Of a stretch of 64,000 bases of DNA, positions 18,755 to 36,876 are shown piece by piece. The DNA is from the human T2T-CHM13v2.0 reference genome, Homo sapiens. The first letter of the stretch is position 1. Every line of letters starts with the position of its first letter. A model generated the notes under the pieces. It was not told the origin of the DNA. It made no database searches and saw only the letters and a program-made list of their open reading frames with translations. A program made the translations under genes and the position numbers. The DNA lies in the NCBI RefSeq assembly GCF_009914755.1, contig NC_060946.1, one strand, 5' to 3'.

Positions 18755-19306
18755 CTAAGAGAAACAGAGTAAAATGTCCCACGGAAAGGAAGATTAGACA
18801 TGAGGTGATGCCAGTTACTTCTAGAGGCCCAGATCTGTTGTCCACTGTGACCGCTCTTGCCAGAGGTCGTGCCTGCACCAGGTTCCATGGGAACTGGCCT
18901 GGACACACTTAGCCGTGGTAGAGAATCAGGGTCAGGAGCTGTCAGTCCCCCTTCAGGAGGATGCATCCTTCTCTCTCCATAAAGATGAGACCTACTCAGA
19001 TAACCTTGAAAGGACTTCCTGCATATGTGAGTATGCCCTGTTAGGGGGAGTATAGCACACCTGCTAGGCAGGGCTTAGGGAGGGGGCAAAGCTTGTGTGA
19101 TATGTTCCTTTCCTCTAGATTAACACAAATTAGGTTAAAAATTAGGTTGAATGGCAAAGTCACAAAAGTGCTAAGAGGCATGAATACAGGGAGATGGGTC
19201 AGCAGGGAAGTTTGGGATGATACACAAGGGCCTTGGATGTATCCCTGCTCCTCCCAACTGCTTCTCCTCTCCCACTTCTCCTCCTTTACTTGAGTCCCTG
19301 TCTAAC

Positions 19307-19389
19307 CATGGGGACTGCCAGCCCTGTCAGCTTCAGTGGTTCTGCTGATGAAGCAGGAGACTGAGTTTTAGAACTGGGGACAAGGGATC
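19307..19389 (-). pseudogene. Relic Ser/Pro-rich stalk exon (GSLVPSSKTQSPASSAEPLKLTGLAVPM)
   Basis: strong ctttcattctcaccctctttctag acceptor, ATG|GTTAGA donor. Confidence 0.45.
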
Positions 19390-19663
19390 CTAGAAAGAGG
19401 GTGAGAATGAAAGTGGGTGGCTCTCTACGATTCCCCAAAATAAGTAGTTTTGTAAGTCTTTCCCCAGCATGGGATTGCCTAGAGACTTAAACTTGTAAAG
19501 CAAATTTGGTGAACACTAGGGAAGAGATGGGAATCAGAAAAGAGAATTGCACAATGGCCTTTGGCAGGGAGCTTGGTTTCTCTACTGGGCTGAACAACTA
19601 GATAACCCGGTCCTGGAATCCCAGTGCAGCTCTCTTGGGACACTCTAAGTCATATTTACTTAC

Positions 19664-20916
<1,253 letters not shown>

Positions 20917-20929
20917 CTTGCAGTGGGGG

Positions 20930-22060
<1,131 letters not shown>

Positions 22061-22062
22061 AA

Positions 22063-22225
22063 TTTTTTTTTTTTTTTGTCAAGGTCTCACTCTCTCGCCC
22101 AGCCTGGAGTGCAGTGGCACAATCAGATCACTGAAGCCTTGAGCTCCTGGCCTCAAGCAATCCTCCTGCCTCATTTTCCTAAGTAGCTGGGGCTACAGGT
22201 GTCTGCCACCACACCTGGCTAAATT
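22063..22225 (-). mobile_element. AluJ right arm
   Basis: T-tail plus diverged arm. Confidence 0.85.
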
Positions 22226-22238
22226 AAAAAAAAAAATT

Positions 22239-22741
<503 letters not shown>

Positions 22742-22772
22742 TCAGCCAGTCGCGGGCAGGGGTAGGCAAAAC

Positions 22773-23118
22773 CTGTAGGTTCCTGTGGACGCCCTGGAAT
22801 TGTGCAGTTACTTCTGAGTGAGGCATGAAACCAGTGAGTTCTGAGGAGACAACTAACGCTGCAATTTAATTTCCAGTTAACCTGTGGAGCTTCAGAAGCT
22901 CTCACTCACAACTGGGATATTAACAAGGTCGGATCCGGAGGGAAGTCCCTCAGCACATAGAGCATGAAGTGTGCACCCCCCCGTGCAGCAAGTCCACGCT
23001 CGCTCAGAGATGGAGGGAAATAGGTAGGAGGAAGTCCTCACTGGGAACATTGTATGGGCTGCAACCTGGCTGCTCAAAACAAGGTTTATAACTGAAGTGT
23101 AGTTTACACAATGCTGAC
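22773..23118 (-). pseudogene. Relic CDCP1 exon-6-like segment
   Basis: strong ttccattacttccaacag acceptor; ESF*..PQVNWKLNCSVS..EVTAQF vs CDCP1 GSFC..KQIQVKQNISVT..GLTVSF; donor position uncertain. Confidence 0.6.
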
Positions 23119-23256
23119 CTGTTGGAAGTAATGGAAGAGGTTCATATGCACACATGGATAAAATTAAATGTTTAAGTCTGAGTTTAAATCTTACAAAAAA
23201 TAAAAAATAAACCAGATGAGGCCTAAAGAGGAAAAATTATTTACTTAAAAAATGCA

Positions 23257-24049
<793 letters not shown>

Positions 24050-24609
24050 TTGCTATGGTTGCCCAAGTTGGTCTCCAACTCCTGGGCTCCCTCCTACCTC
24101 AGCGTCCAGTGTGAGCCACTATGCTTGCTGTTGGTTCTATTTTTTAAAAAAACAAACAGAAACAAACAAACAAAAAACACCTACTCTGCCAATCTGTCTT
24201 TTTATTATTTTATTTCTATTTGATTTCAAAATTTTTATGGATGTGGCAAATTTGTTTGCCTCAGTATCATTAAATTGTAAAAACTAGATTTACAAAAAGA
24301 TATATATATTAAAAAAACCAGTGTAGTGGCTATTTTAGACTGTGGAATTATAAGTAATTTCCCCCTTTACATGTTTTATATTTTTCAGTTTTTCTACAGC
24401 GAATATATACTGCTTTATATTAAGGAAATGTTTACGTTAAGAATACTCAGTAGGCTACAGTTTCAAGATGAATTTTGTGGCCTGAAAGCTGGGGCTGTTG
24501 CTAATATTGTAAGGCCTTTGGCTTCCATTTGCTGTGAGATGTGGTACCAGTGGAAGGTTGTGAGCAGAGAAGTGACATTATCTGGCCTATGTTTATAAAT
24601 ACCTGCTGA

Positions 24610-24903
<294 letters not shown>

Positions 24904-24904
24904 G

Positions 24905-26690
<1,786 letters not shown>

Positions 26691-26705
26691 TTTCTTTTAG
26701 TGCTA

Positions 26706-27890
26706 TTTTTTTTTTTTTGAGACGGAGTCTTGCTCTGTCGCCCAGGCTGGAGAGCAGTGGTACTGAGAGGCAAAGCCAGCTGGGCTTCTGGGTCGGGTGG
26801 GGACTTGGAGAACTTTTCTGTCTAGCTAAAAAGGATTGTAAATGCACCAATCAGCGCTCTGTGACTAGCTAAAGGTTTGTAAACACACCAATCAGCACTC
26901 TGTAAAAACGCACCAATCGGCGCTCTGTGTCTAGCTAATCAGGTGGGGACCTGGAGAACTTTTCTGTCTAGCTAAAGGATTGTAAATGCACCAATCAGTG
27001 CTCTGTGTCTAGCTAAAGGTTTGTAAACACACCAATCAGCACTCTGTAAAAACACACCAATCAGCACTCTGTGTTAGCTAAAGGTTTGTAAAGGCACCAA
27101 TCAGCACTCTGTAAAAATGGACCAATCAGCGCTCTGTAAAATGGACCAATCAGCAGGATGTGGGTGGGGCCAAATAAGGGAATAAAAGCTGGCCACCTGC
27201 GCCAGCGGGGGCAACCCGCTGGGGTACTCTTACATGCTGTGGAGGCTTTGTTCTTTTGCTCTTTGCAGTAAATCTTGCTGTTGCTCATTTTTTGGGTCTG
27301 TACTACCTTTATGAGCTGTAACACTCAGCGTGAAGGTCTGCAGCTTCACTCCTCAAGTCAGCAATACCACGAACCCCCCGGAGGAACAAACAACTCCCAA
27401 CGTGCCACCTTTAAGAGCTGTAACACTCACTGCGAAGGTCTGCGACTTTACTCCTGAAGTCAGTGAGACCACGAACCCACCAGAAGGAAGAAACTCCAGG
27501 TACCTGTGAACATCTGAAGGAACAAACGCCAGACACACCAGCTTTAAGAACTGCAACACTCACTGCGAGGGTCCCAGCTTCATTCTTGAAGTCAGCGAGA
27601 CCAGGAACCCACCAGAAGGAACCAATTCCAGACACAGTACAATCTCAGCTTACTGCAACCTCTGCCTCCTGGGTTCAAGCGATTCTCTTGCCTCAGCTTC
27701 CCAAGTGGCTAGGATTACAGGCATTCACCACTGTGCCCAGCTAATTTTTTTTTTTTTTGTATTTTTAGTAGAGATGGGATTTCACCATGTTGGCCAGGTT
27801 GATCTTGAACTCCTGACCTCAGGTGCTCCACCCGCCTTGGCCTCCCAAAGTGCCGGGATTATGGGCATGGGCCACTGTGCCTGCCCTGGA
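26706..27890 (-). mobile_element. AluS split by LTR12
   Basis: continuous Alu once the LTR and one GTAC are removed. Confidence 0.92.
26764..27636 (+). mobile_element. Solo LTR12 (ERV9, short-U3 type) inserted in a - strand Alu
   Basis: TGAGAGG...GACACA, GTAC TSD, CCAAT tandem repeats, U5 repeats. Confidence 0.92.
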
Positions 27891-28147
27891 ATCTGATTCT
27901 TGCAGAGCAGTTGTTGATTTCACTACACTTGTCAGAAATCTTCTAAGCTGGGAAGGGGGAGGGGAAAAAAAAGAATCGTCTACGCTTCTTTACAGCAAAG
28001 GAAATAACAGGGAAGGGACAACCTACAGAATGGGAAAATATTTGCGAACTTGCATCTGACAAAGGATTAGTTACCTATATATAAACTGTATAAGAACCTC
28101 AAATAACTCAATAGTAAGGAAACAATCTGATTAAAAATGGGCAAATG

Positions 28148-28446
28148 GGCCGGGTGTGGTGGCTCAGGCATGTAATCCCAGCACTCTGGGAGGCTGAGGC
28201 GGGCGGATCACGAGGTCAGGAGATCGATACCATCCTAGCTAACACGGTGAAACCCCATCTCTACTAAAAATACAAAAAATTAGCCGGGTGTGGTGGTGGT
28301 CGCCTGTAGTTGCAGCTACTCGGGAGGCTGAGGCAGGAGAATGGCGTGAACCAGGAGGCAGAGGTTGCAGTGAGCCGAGACGTCCCACTGCACTCCAGCC
28401 TGGGTGACAGAGCAAGACTCCATCTCAAAAACAAAACAAAACAAAA
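28148..28446 (+). mobile_element. AluY-like in L1
   Basis: GGGCAAAT TSD. Confidence 0.93.
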
Positions 28447-28918
28447 ATAGGGCAAATAATCTGAAAAAGATTTTCATTTTCTCAAAAGAAGACATACTAA
28501 TGGCCATCAGGTATATAAGTAAATGCTCAACATCACTAAGCATCAGAGAAATGCAACTGAAACCACATTAATAGGTATCATCTCACCTCAGTTAAAATGG
28601 CTATTATCAAAAGACAGAAAATAACAAATTTTGGGGAGGATGTGGAGAAAAGGAAACCCTCGTACACTGTTGGTGGAAATGAAAATTCGTACAACCATTG
28701 TGGAAAACAGTATGGAGGTTTCTCAAAAAATTGAAACTAGAACTACCATATGATCTAGCAATCCCACTGCTGGGTATACACCCAAAAGAAAGCAAATCAG
28801 TATATTGAAGAGATATCTGCACTCCCATGTTTACTGCAGGACTAGTCACAATAGCCAAGATATGGAATCAATCCAAGTGTCCATCAACAGATGAATGGAT
28901 AAAAAACATGCTAGATAA

Positions 28919-29216
<298 letters not shown>

Positions 29217-30109
29217 CTACATATACACAGTGGAATACTATTTAGTCATAAAAAGAATGAAATCCCGTCGGTTGTAGCAACATGGATGAAACCAGAGGAC
29301 ATTACGTTAAGTGAAATAAGCTAGGCACAGAAAGATACATATCCCACCTTCTCACTCCTATGTGGGAGCTAAAAACGTTGATTTCAGGGAGGTGGAGAGT
29401 AGAATGATGACTACCAGAGGCTGGCAAGCAATAGGAGGGAGGGAAGGATGAAAAGTGTTGGTTATGGGTACAAAGATAGTTAGATAGAGGGAATGATAGT
29501 ACTGTACAGTGATAATAGTTAACAATAATTTATTGTATATTTCAAAATAGCTAGAAGAGAAGATTTGGAATGTTCCCAGTACAAAGAAATAATAAACGTT
29601 TGAGGTGATGAATACCTTCATTACCCTGATTTGATCATTGCACATTGTATGCATGTATCAAAGTATCACATGTAACACATAAATATGTACAATTACTATG
29701 TATCTATAAAAATAAGAAACAAAGGAAAACAGTTGCTGTATAAACAATACTGGGATAACTGTCAAAATTTAAATATTGAATATATTATATATGGGAAAAT
29801 TGTACGGATATGAAATTATCTGAATTTGGTAATAATTGCACTGGGGTTATGTATGAAAACATCTTTGATCCTATGAGGTTCATATTGAATTATTTAGAGC
29901 TGAAGAATGTCAATCTCTTCAATTTACTCTCAAGTAGTCCAGCAAAAGAAAAAAAGTGATTGTGTAAATATATACACATATATACTGTGTACTCACACAT
30001 ACACATAGATGTGTGTGTATGAGAGAGAAAATTAGTGAAGGAAGGCTCACTAGGTTGTTATAATATTTGTATAACTTTTCTTTATGTTTAACATTTCTTT
30101 TCTAATATA

Positions 30110-30316
30110 AAATATTTAATTTTGAATGGTTCTCCATTAAGGCAACAAATTGCCAGAGGATAGGGAGTGCCTGGGAAAGGTGACAGATGCCAAGTCACAT
30201 TCTGTTTGAGTTGCACCCTGAAACCCATGCCAGGAAAATGAAATGTGGAGTTCTGTTTGACTGCTTCCACTCAACAGCTCCCTCTCCTCAGGAGAATGCA
30301 TGTTCCCAAAACAATA
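30110..30316 (-). pseudogene. Relic CDCP1 exon-3-like segment
   Basis: cctccctctcag acceptor; VEAVKQNSTFHF..R..VTWHLS..AICCLNGEPFKIK vs CDCP1 VKAHKSIGLELQF..R..VTHSIS..GTFCSNGTVSRIK; 3' part runs into L1-like sequence. Confidence 0.7.
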
Positions 30317-30495
30317 CTGAGAGGGAGGTTCAATGTTTAATTCATCTTAAAAATTATTTTTTATATTTGGAAGCATGCAAAACACAGTAAAATTTACAAT
30401 AAAAAGCATCCTGACAAAATGCAGAGAAGAAAATAGGCAGGAGAAAGTTGTGGAAAGGGACTGAGCAGAGGTCACATGAAACCACGCGTTTGTAG

Positions 30496-30863
<368 letters not shown>

Positions 30864-31184
30864 ACATCACTTCCCCTTATCCCATGCAACAAACCCTGTC
30901 CTTTCCCCAGGACAAAAATTCTTGTCAGTTTCTATAAATTGTTCCTCACGTTGGGCAAATAGCTTTTTTCTAAATAGCTTTCCATTTTGAGGGGAACTAG
31001 ATTATCGCATTAAAGTTAGCCAACATCTTCCTCTGTGACCAGGTTTTTAGACAGAATTTTAAAGTGAGGTAGGTAGGTGTGGCCTTTTGCCTCATACTTC
31101 TTTATTTTATTTTTTTTTAAAGGGAAAAAGAGTAAGAAATTCAGATGATGAGAATTCCAGGGACACTGAAAGTATCCCAAATTG

Positions 31185-31330
31185 GCAGAAATACTGTGTA
31201 AACTACAGAAAATGCTTCTCAGGGCCCACACTTTCTTTTGAAACAAATATTACACAATTTCATTATAAACTCTTTCGCGCATGATTTTGAGAAATCTTTC
31301 CACCAATGCTTTCAAAAAGCACAATCTGTC
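31185..31330 (-). pseudogene. Relic CDCP1 exon-2-like segment
   Basis: ICFKRKC/GPEKHFL (frameshift) vs CDCP1 IVFTFSCQSPENHFV; boundaries uncertain. Confidence 0.5.
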
Positions 31331-31908
31331 TTAATAAAAAACTACTACCTGGTACTATTATTTTACATTTTAAAATTGTGAAACAGTATTAAGCCTACAG
31401 AAAAGTTGCAAGTATAGTCCAAAGAACTTCCTTCTTGAACTATTTGAGAGTCAGTTTTCCACGTGACATTGCATTTCTCCCAAATCCCCGCCTGTGAAGT
31501 TACTACCACCTAATCCTCAGACCCCATTCAAGCTTCACCCGTTGTGCCAATATTGTCCTTTACAGCCAAAGGATCCAGTTGGGGATCTCCTGTTCATCTA
31601 TGACCTCTTTGGTCTCTGCCAGTCTGGAGCCGTTCCTCAAAGCTGTCTTTGATTTTCATGAATCGTTTGAAGATGGCAGACCAGCTGATCTGCAGAATGC
31701 CCCTCGATTTGGGTTGGCCAGGACCCGCGTCCTGGCGAAGGGGTTCCGGTTACTGACCTTCGATGGGAACAGCACAGAAGTGATACCGCGCTGGCTCCAC
31801 TCTGTCCTCTGGTGGCACGCAATTCCAGTGTTCCCCGCACTGATGACTTTCTTGTACCGAATATTTACATTAATTACATTCTTTATAGTTATAATGTAAT
31901 ATTACATA

Positions 31909-32518
31909 TGAGACCATGGGGTTCATCTGATTAGGTCTGCCCAATTTAGCCTGCCCTGCTTGCTTTGGGTCACTTGCTTTTGTTATTTTTTTTCTGTGAA
32001 GCTGAAGGCCGCGCCACTGAGCGCTGTAACTTAACCTTGCCGGCTTCCTTACAGATAACATGTATGTCACTACTGTCATGATCGTTCAAATTGTTTTTCA
32101 GGAACTTGGGGCAGCTCCTGCCTAGTTCAAACCAGTTGAGACCGTGAGCTTTCAAGTAGGCTTGTGCAAACAAAAGAAGTGGCCTTTTGACATCAGAGGC
32201 CCCAAGCGACACCCTCAGATCACGCTAAGGCTGTCATTTTTTGAACATGTGCCCTGTGAAGTGCCACGAACCCTGACTATGCTTGCAGTGGTCACCGACT
32301 GCCTCATTTTCCCCCACTGCCAATCACCTTTGCCCATACCTTACACCACCCTGCTTCTCTCACCGGTAAATATCCCTAAGACTTATCTTTGGGGAGGAAG
32401 ATTTGAGAGCTGTTCTCCTGCCTCCTCACTGGGCTGCCTTGCGAATAAATCTTTTCTCTTTTACAAAACCTGTCACAGTGATGGATTTATGGCATGCGGG
32501 CAGAATGAACCTGTATCA
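31909..32518 (+). mobile_element. Solo ERV1-class LTR (subfamily uncertain), AATAAA at 32444
   Basis: TG...CA ends, CATA/CATG imperfect TSD, interrupts an L1MC-like relic. Confidence 0.65.
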
Positions 32519-32691
32519 CATGTATGTAATAATGGTAATTAATAATATGTATTTTGTGGGAGAGTACTTTGAAACTGTGTAAATATCCTGTTTCTCATCA
32601 AACTTTTAATTTATTCAGTATCTACTTTTATTGGTATGAAGTGTGGCTTCCCATTTTATTTAACAGGTCGAAATGTTACTATCATCATTTC

Positions 32692-33135
<444 letters not shown>

Positions 33136-33213
33136 CTAGGCTCATCTTGTACTTTCTCTGCCTTAACCCCAGAAACAGCCATTTCTCCAAGCAACATTGG
33201 TTCCTTTTACTAG

Positions 33214-33604
<391 letters not shown>

Positions 33605-34410
33605 GTACTTCTTTATCTATCTGTGTATACATACTGAAAATCATGGATCCACACTGCTAAGTCCAATTCCAGTTCAACACTAGTGGGCTCATTCTCCCTT
33701 TCCTTATTTGTAACTCCTATCTCTGAGAGTTTCAACTCTGGCTCCAATTATCCTTAATACATTCAGTTACCTGGTCATCCCCCTGTATGTAACTAATCTG
33801 TCATCTCCACCAGCACCCTGCCCTCCCTGGACACCACACACTGGGCCACTCCAATACCGGGATGTGCCACATCTTCAAATTGCTTGGGCTGTGACCCTGG
33901 GCCGGGCTGCACCAGCACCCATTTGTGTCTGACATTGTGCTGGGCAGCCCCACTGTGCTGCCACCCTCCTCAACCTGCTCCAGTCCAGCACCCTGCTTGG
34001 GCCACTGTGGAACATACTACACAAACGCCCACTTTGCTTGACACACCTGATGGCCTTAGCACGGAATTGTTCAGGAGGGTACCATGAAGGACGGAAGGAA
34101 GAGCCCCATAGAAGTGTAATGGATCCTTACATTATATAGTCCAGCCTCCAACCCAAGGTTCACCCTTGTCCATTCTGCACTGGGGCAGCAACACCAATTA
34201 CTTTGCTCCACCGACCTACCAAGATTCAGATAGAATCATTGGATTGACTATTAATAGTTTTCTGCTGATAGTTGCTGCAAGCAACTGCAGCTTGCTCCTT
34301 AGCCTTCTACTGACTTGCTGTATTTAGCATATTTTATCAAATTTTGCAACCTCCTCTCCTCATTGCCCTCACTTGAGTTTTTGAGGTTCCTGTTTGTGGA
34401 CAAGACTTAC

Positions 34411-34872
34411 CAGATGTATGAAGCTGGTTATATAACTGATTGGTCAGCAAATATAATGAGGACGGACCCTGCGCCCACCACCGTGTACCTGTGTAAACAC
34501 CATACTGCGCAAAGTCCACCAGCCTTCCAGGGAGAACATGCTGCACTGTGGGCGACACTGCCTCCGTTCCAGCAGCAATGTAAGCGGAGTCTGGGCTGAC
34601 GATGGACGTGTGGATAGCCTGTATGTGTATATCTGTGCTCATGCTTCTAACACACATCCACCCTATTATGGACACGTTTATACATCTTCATGCCATGGTA
34701 TTTTGTACCTTACTGCAGACCCTACCAACGCTTCAGTGAGGTTCTGGCAGCTTTGGGTTTTTGGAGGCTATTTGTCTGTTGCTGCGGGGACGGCTTTCAG
34801 AAAGAATGATCGCTTTGGGGGAATTGTACCCTGCTTTCCTGCGCAAATTCCAGCGGCTGGAGTTTGAGGCCC
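34411..34872 (-). pseudogene. Relic canonical CUB domain, two exons (~34872-34709 and 34618-34411)
   Basis: DK*PPKTQSCQNLTEALVGSAVR|LS spliced in frame over a 90-nt GT-AG intron; ends GAGSVLIIFADQSVI*PASY; perfect CTG|GTAAGT donor at 34411. Confidence 0.55.
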
Positions 34873-34990
34873 CTAGCAGATAACCCTTCTGCCCCTACCC
34901 CCATGAGTCTACATACAAGAAATACATCTCTAAAGAGGTAATAAGCCTTTCCGGTGTGCATGTTACAGATCTCTTAACCTTATATATACA

Positions 34991-35363
34991 CAGATGGTCC
35001 ATCACTTACCGTGGTTTCACTTACGATGTTTCGACTTCATGATGGGTTCACTGGGACTTGACCCCATTTTTTTTTTTTTTTTTTAGACGGAGTCTTGCTC
35101 TTGTCGATCTCTGCTCACTGCAACCTCCGCTTCTTGGGTTCAAGTTATTCTCCTGCCTCAGCCTCTTAAGTAGCTGGGATTAAGCGCCACCACGCCGAGC
35201 TAATTTTTGTACTTTTAGTAGAGATGGGGTTTCACTATGTTGGTCAGGCTGGTCTCGAACTCCTGACCTCAGGTGATCCGCCTGCCTCAGCATCCCAAAG
35301 TGCTGGGATTACAGGTGTGAGCCACCGCGCCCCCTGACCCCTTCTTAAGTGGAGAAATATCTG
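34991..35363. mobile_element. Short Tigger/MER47-type DNA transposon split by an Alu
   Basis: CAGATG...ATCTG inverted ends, acttacgatg motifs. Confidence 0.55.
35067..35333 (-). mobile_element. AluS
   Basis: TGACCCC TSD. Confidence 0.9.
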
Positions 35364-35398
35364 TATCTGCATGCCCACAGGGGAGCTCCTAATTACAC

Positions 35399-35487
35399 CA
35401 TGTGCCGCATCCAAGCCACAGGCCGGTGATGTGAAGACACCCGATCCAAGAAATACAATAGCATTAAGAAAGAAAAAATGCTGCCAT
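35399..35487 (-). pseudogene. Relic signal-peptide exon (MAAFF/FLNAIVFLGSGVFTSPACG-LDAAH)
   Basis: ATG at 35487-35485 with +4 G; one extra base in the T run; A-C-G cleavage-like motif; phase-1 CATG|GTGTAA donor. Confidence 0.45.
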
Positions 35488-35568
35488 GGATACTACCAAA
35501 CGCCAAATGACTCTAACACGTAGGCTAATTGCAAGGACCTTAAAATCGCAAATAAAAAGGCGCCTGTA

Positions 35569-35852
35569 GGTCGGGCGCGGTGGCCCACACCTGTAATCCC
35601 AGCACTTTAGGAGGCGGGCGGATCACCTGAGACCAGCCTGGCCAGCATGGCGGAACCCCATCGCTACTAAAATACAAAAATTAGCCAGGAGTGGTGGCGC
35701 ATGCCTGTAATCCCAGCTACTCCGGAGCCTGAGGCAGGAGAATCGCTTGAACCCAGGAGGCGGAGTTTGCAGTGAACCGAGACAGCGCAACCGCACTCCA
35801 GCCTGGACGACAGAATGAGACTCCGTCTCAAAAAAAAAAAAAAAAAAAAAAA
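35569..35852 (+). mobile_element. AluS abutting the USP18 promoter
   Basis: dimer with internal deletions, A tail ends 35852. Confidence 0.92.
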
Positions 35853-35967
35853 GCGAGGGCTGGAAGTCTGGAGCAGGTGCGCGGCTGCAACGGCAGCCGC
35901 GGGAAGCTCGGGCCGGCAGGGTTTCCCCGCACGCTGGCGCCCAGCTCCCGGCGCGGAGGCCGCTGTA

Positions 35968-35980
35968 AGTTTCGCTTTCC
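35968..35980 (+). promoter_or_regulatory. USP18: ISRE AGTTTCGCTTTCC
   Basis: exact match to the AGTTTCNNTTTCC ISGF3/IRF consensus; USP18 is a known ISG. Confidence 0.9.
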
Positions 35981-35987
35981 ATTCAGT

Positions 35988-36001
35988 GGAAAACGAAAGC
36001 T
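35988..36001 (-). promoter_or_regulatory. USP18: second, inverted ISRE/IRF-E GGAAAACGAAAGCT
   Basis: GAAANNGAAA core. Confidence 0.75.
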
Positions 36002-36079
36002 GGGCGGGGTGCCACGAGCGCGGGGCCAGACCAAGGCGGGCCCGGAGCGGAACTTCGGTCCCAGCTCGGTCCCCGGCTC

Positions 36080-36132
36080 AGTCCCGACGTGGAACTCAGC
36101 AGCGGAGGCTGGACGCTTGCATGGCGCTTGAG
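36080..36132 (+). other. USP18: USP18 non-coding exon 1 (TSS approximate; may start as far up as ~35900), GC donor GAG|GCAAGT
   Basis: AG|GCAAGT fits the GC-AG donor consensus; joins the exon 2 acceptor at 43468. Confidence 0.75.
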
Positions 36133-36593
36133 GCAAGTTCGGGGCTCATTTTGGAAGTTTTCTTTCTAGCACAGACATCCAACTCTGCTCCTATGCCAGT
36201 CAGATAATTAAGGAATTAAGTAATAATTGTGCTCTGCAAATTATGATAGTGATCTGTATTTACTACGTGCATATATTTTGGGCCAGTGAATTTTTTTCTA
36301 AGCTAATATAGTTATTTGGACTTTTGACATGACTTTGTGTTTAATTAAAACAAAAAAAGAAATTGCAGAAGTGTTGTAAGCTTGTAAAAAAATTCAAACA
36401 ATGCAGACAAATGTGTCTCGCAGTCTTCCACTCAGTATCATTTTTGTTTGTACCTTATCAGAAATGTTTCTATGTACAAGTCTTTAAAATCATTTCGAAC
36501 TTGCTTTGTCCACTGAGTATATTATGGACATCTTTTCATGGCAGGACATATAGATGTGTTAATGGCATTAAAAATAAAACAAAAAACTGATTC

Positions 36594-36876
36594 GGCCGGG
36601 TACGGTGGCTCACGCCTGTAATCCCAGCACTTTGGGAGATCGAGGAGGGAGGATCACCTGAGGTCAGGAGTTACAGACATGGAGAAACCCCGTCTCTACT
36701 AAAAATACAAAATTAGCCTGGCGTGGTGGCGCATGCCTGTAATCCCAGCTACTCGGGAGGCTGAGGCAGGAGAATCGCTTGAACCCGGGAGCGGAGGTTG
36801 CGGTGAGCCGAGATCGCACCGTTGCACTCCAGCCTGGGCGACAGAGCGAAACTGTCTCAAACAAACAAACAAAAAA
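36594..36876 (+). mobile_element. AluSp-like
   Basis: dimer. Confidence 0.92.

Larger units (their letters stand above)
35853..36135. promoter_or_regulatory. USP18: USP18 CpG-rich promoter/first exon, GC box GGGCGGGG at 36002-36009, kappaB-like GGGTTTCCCC at 35919-35928
   Basis: high CpG density between an Alu tail and the AT-rich intron. Confidence 0.85.

Noticed and set aside
26800-27150. CRISPR-like periodic CCAATCAGC repeats (also 41880-42215 and the U5 repeats)
   Set aside because: Intrinsic LTR12 U3/U5 tandem repeats with no unique spacers; eukaryotic DNA.
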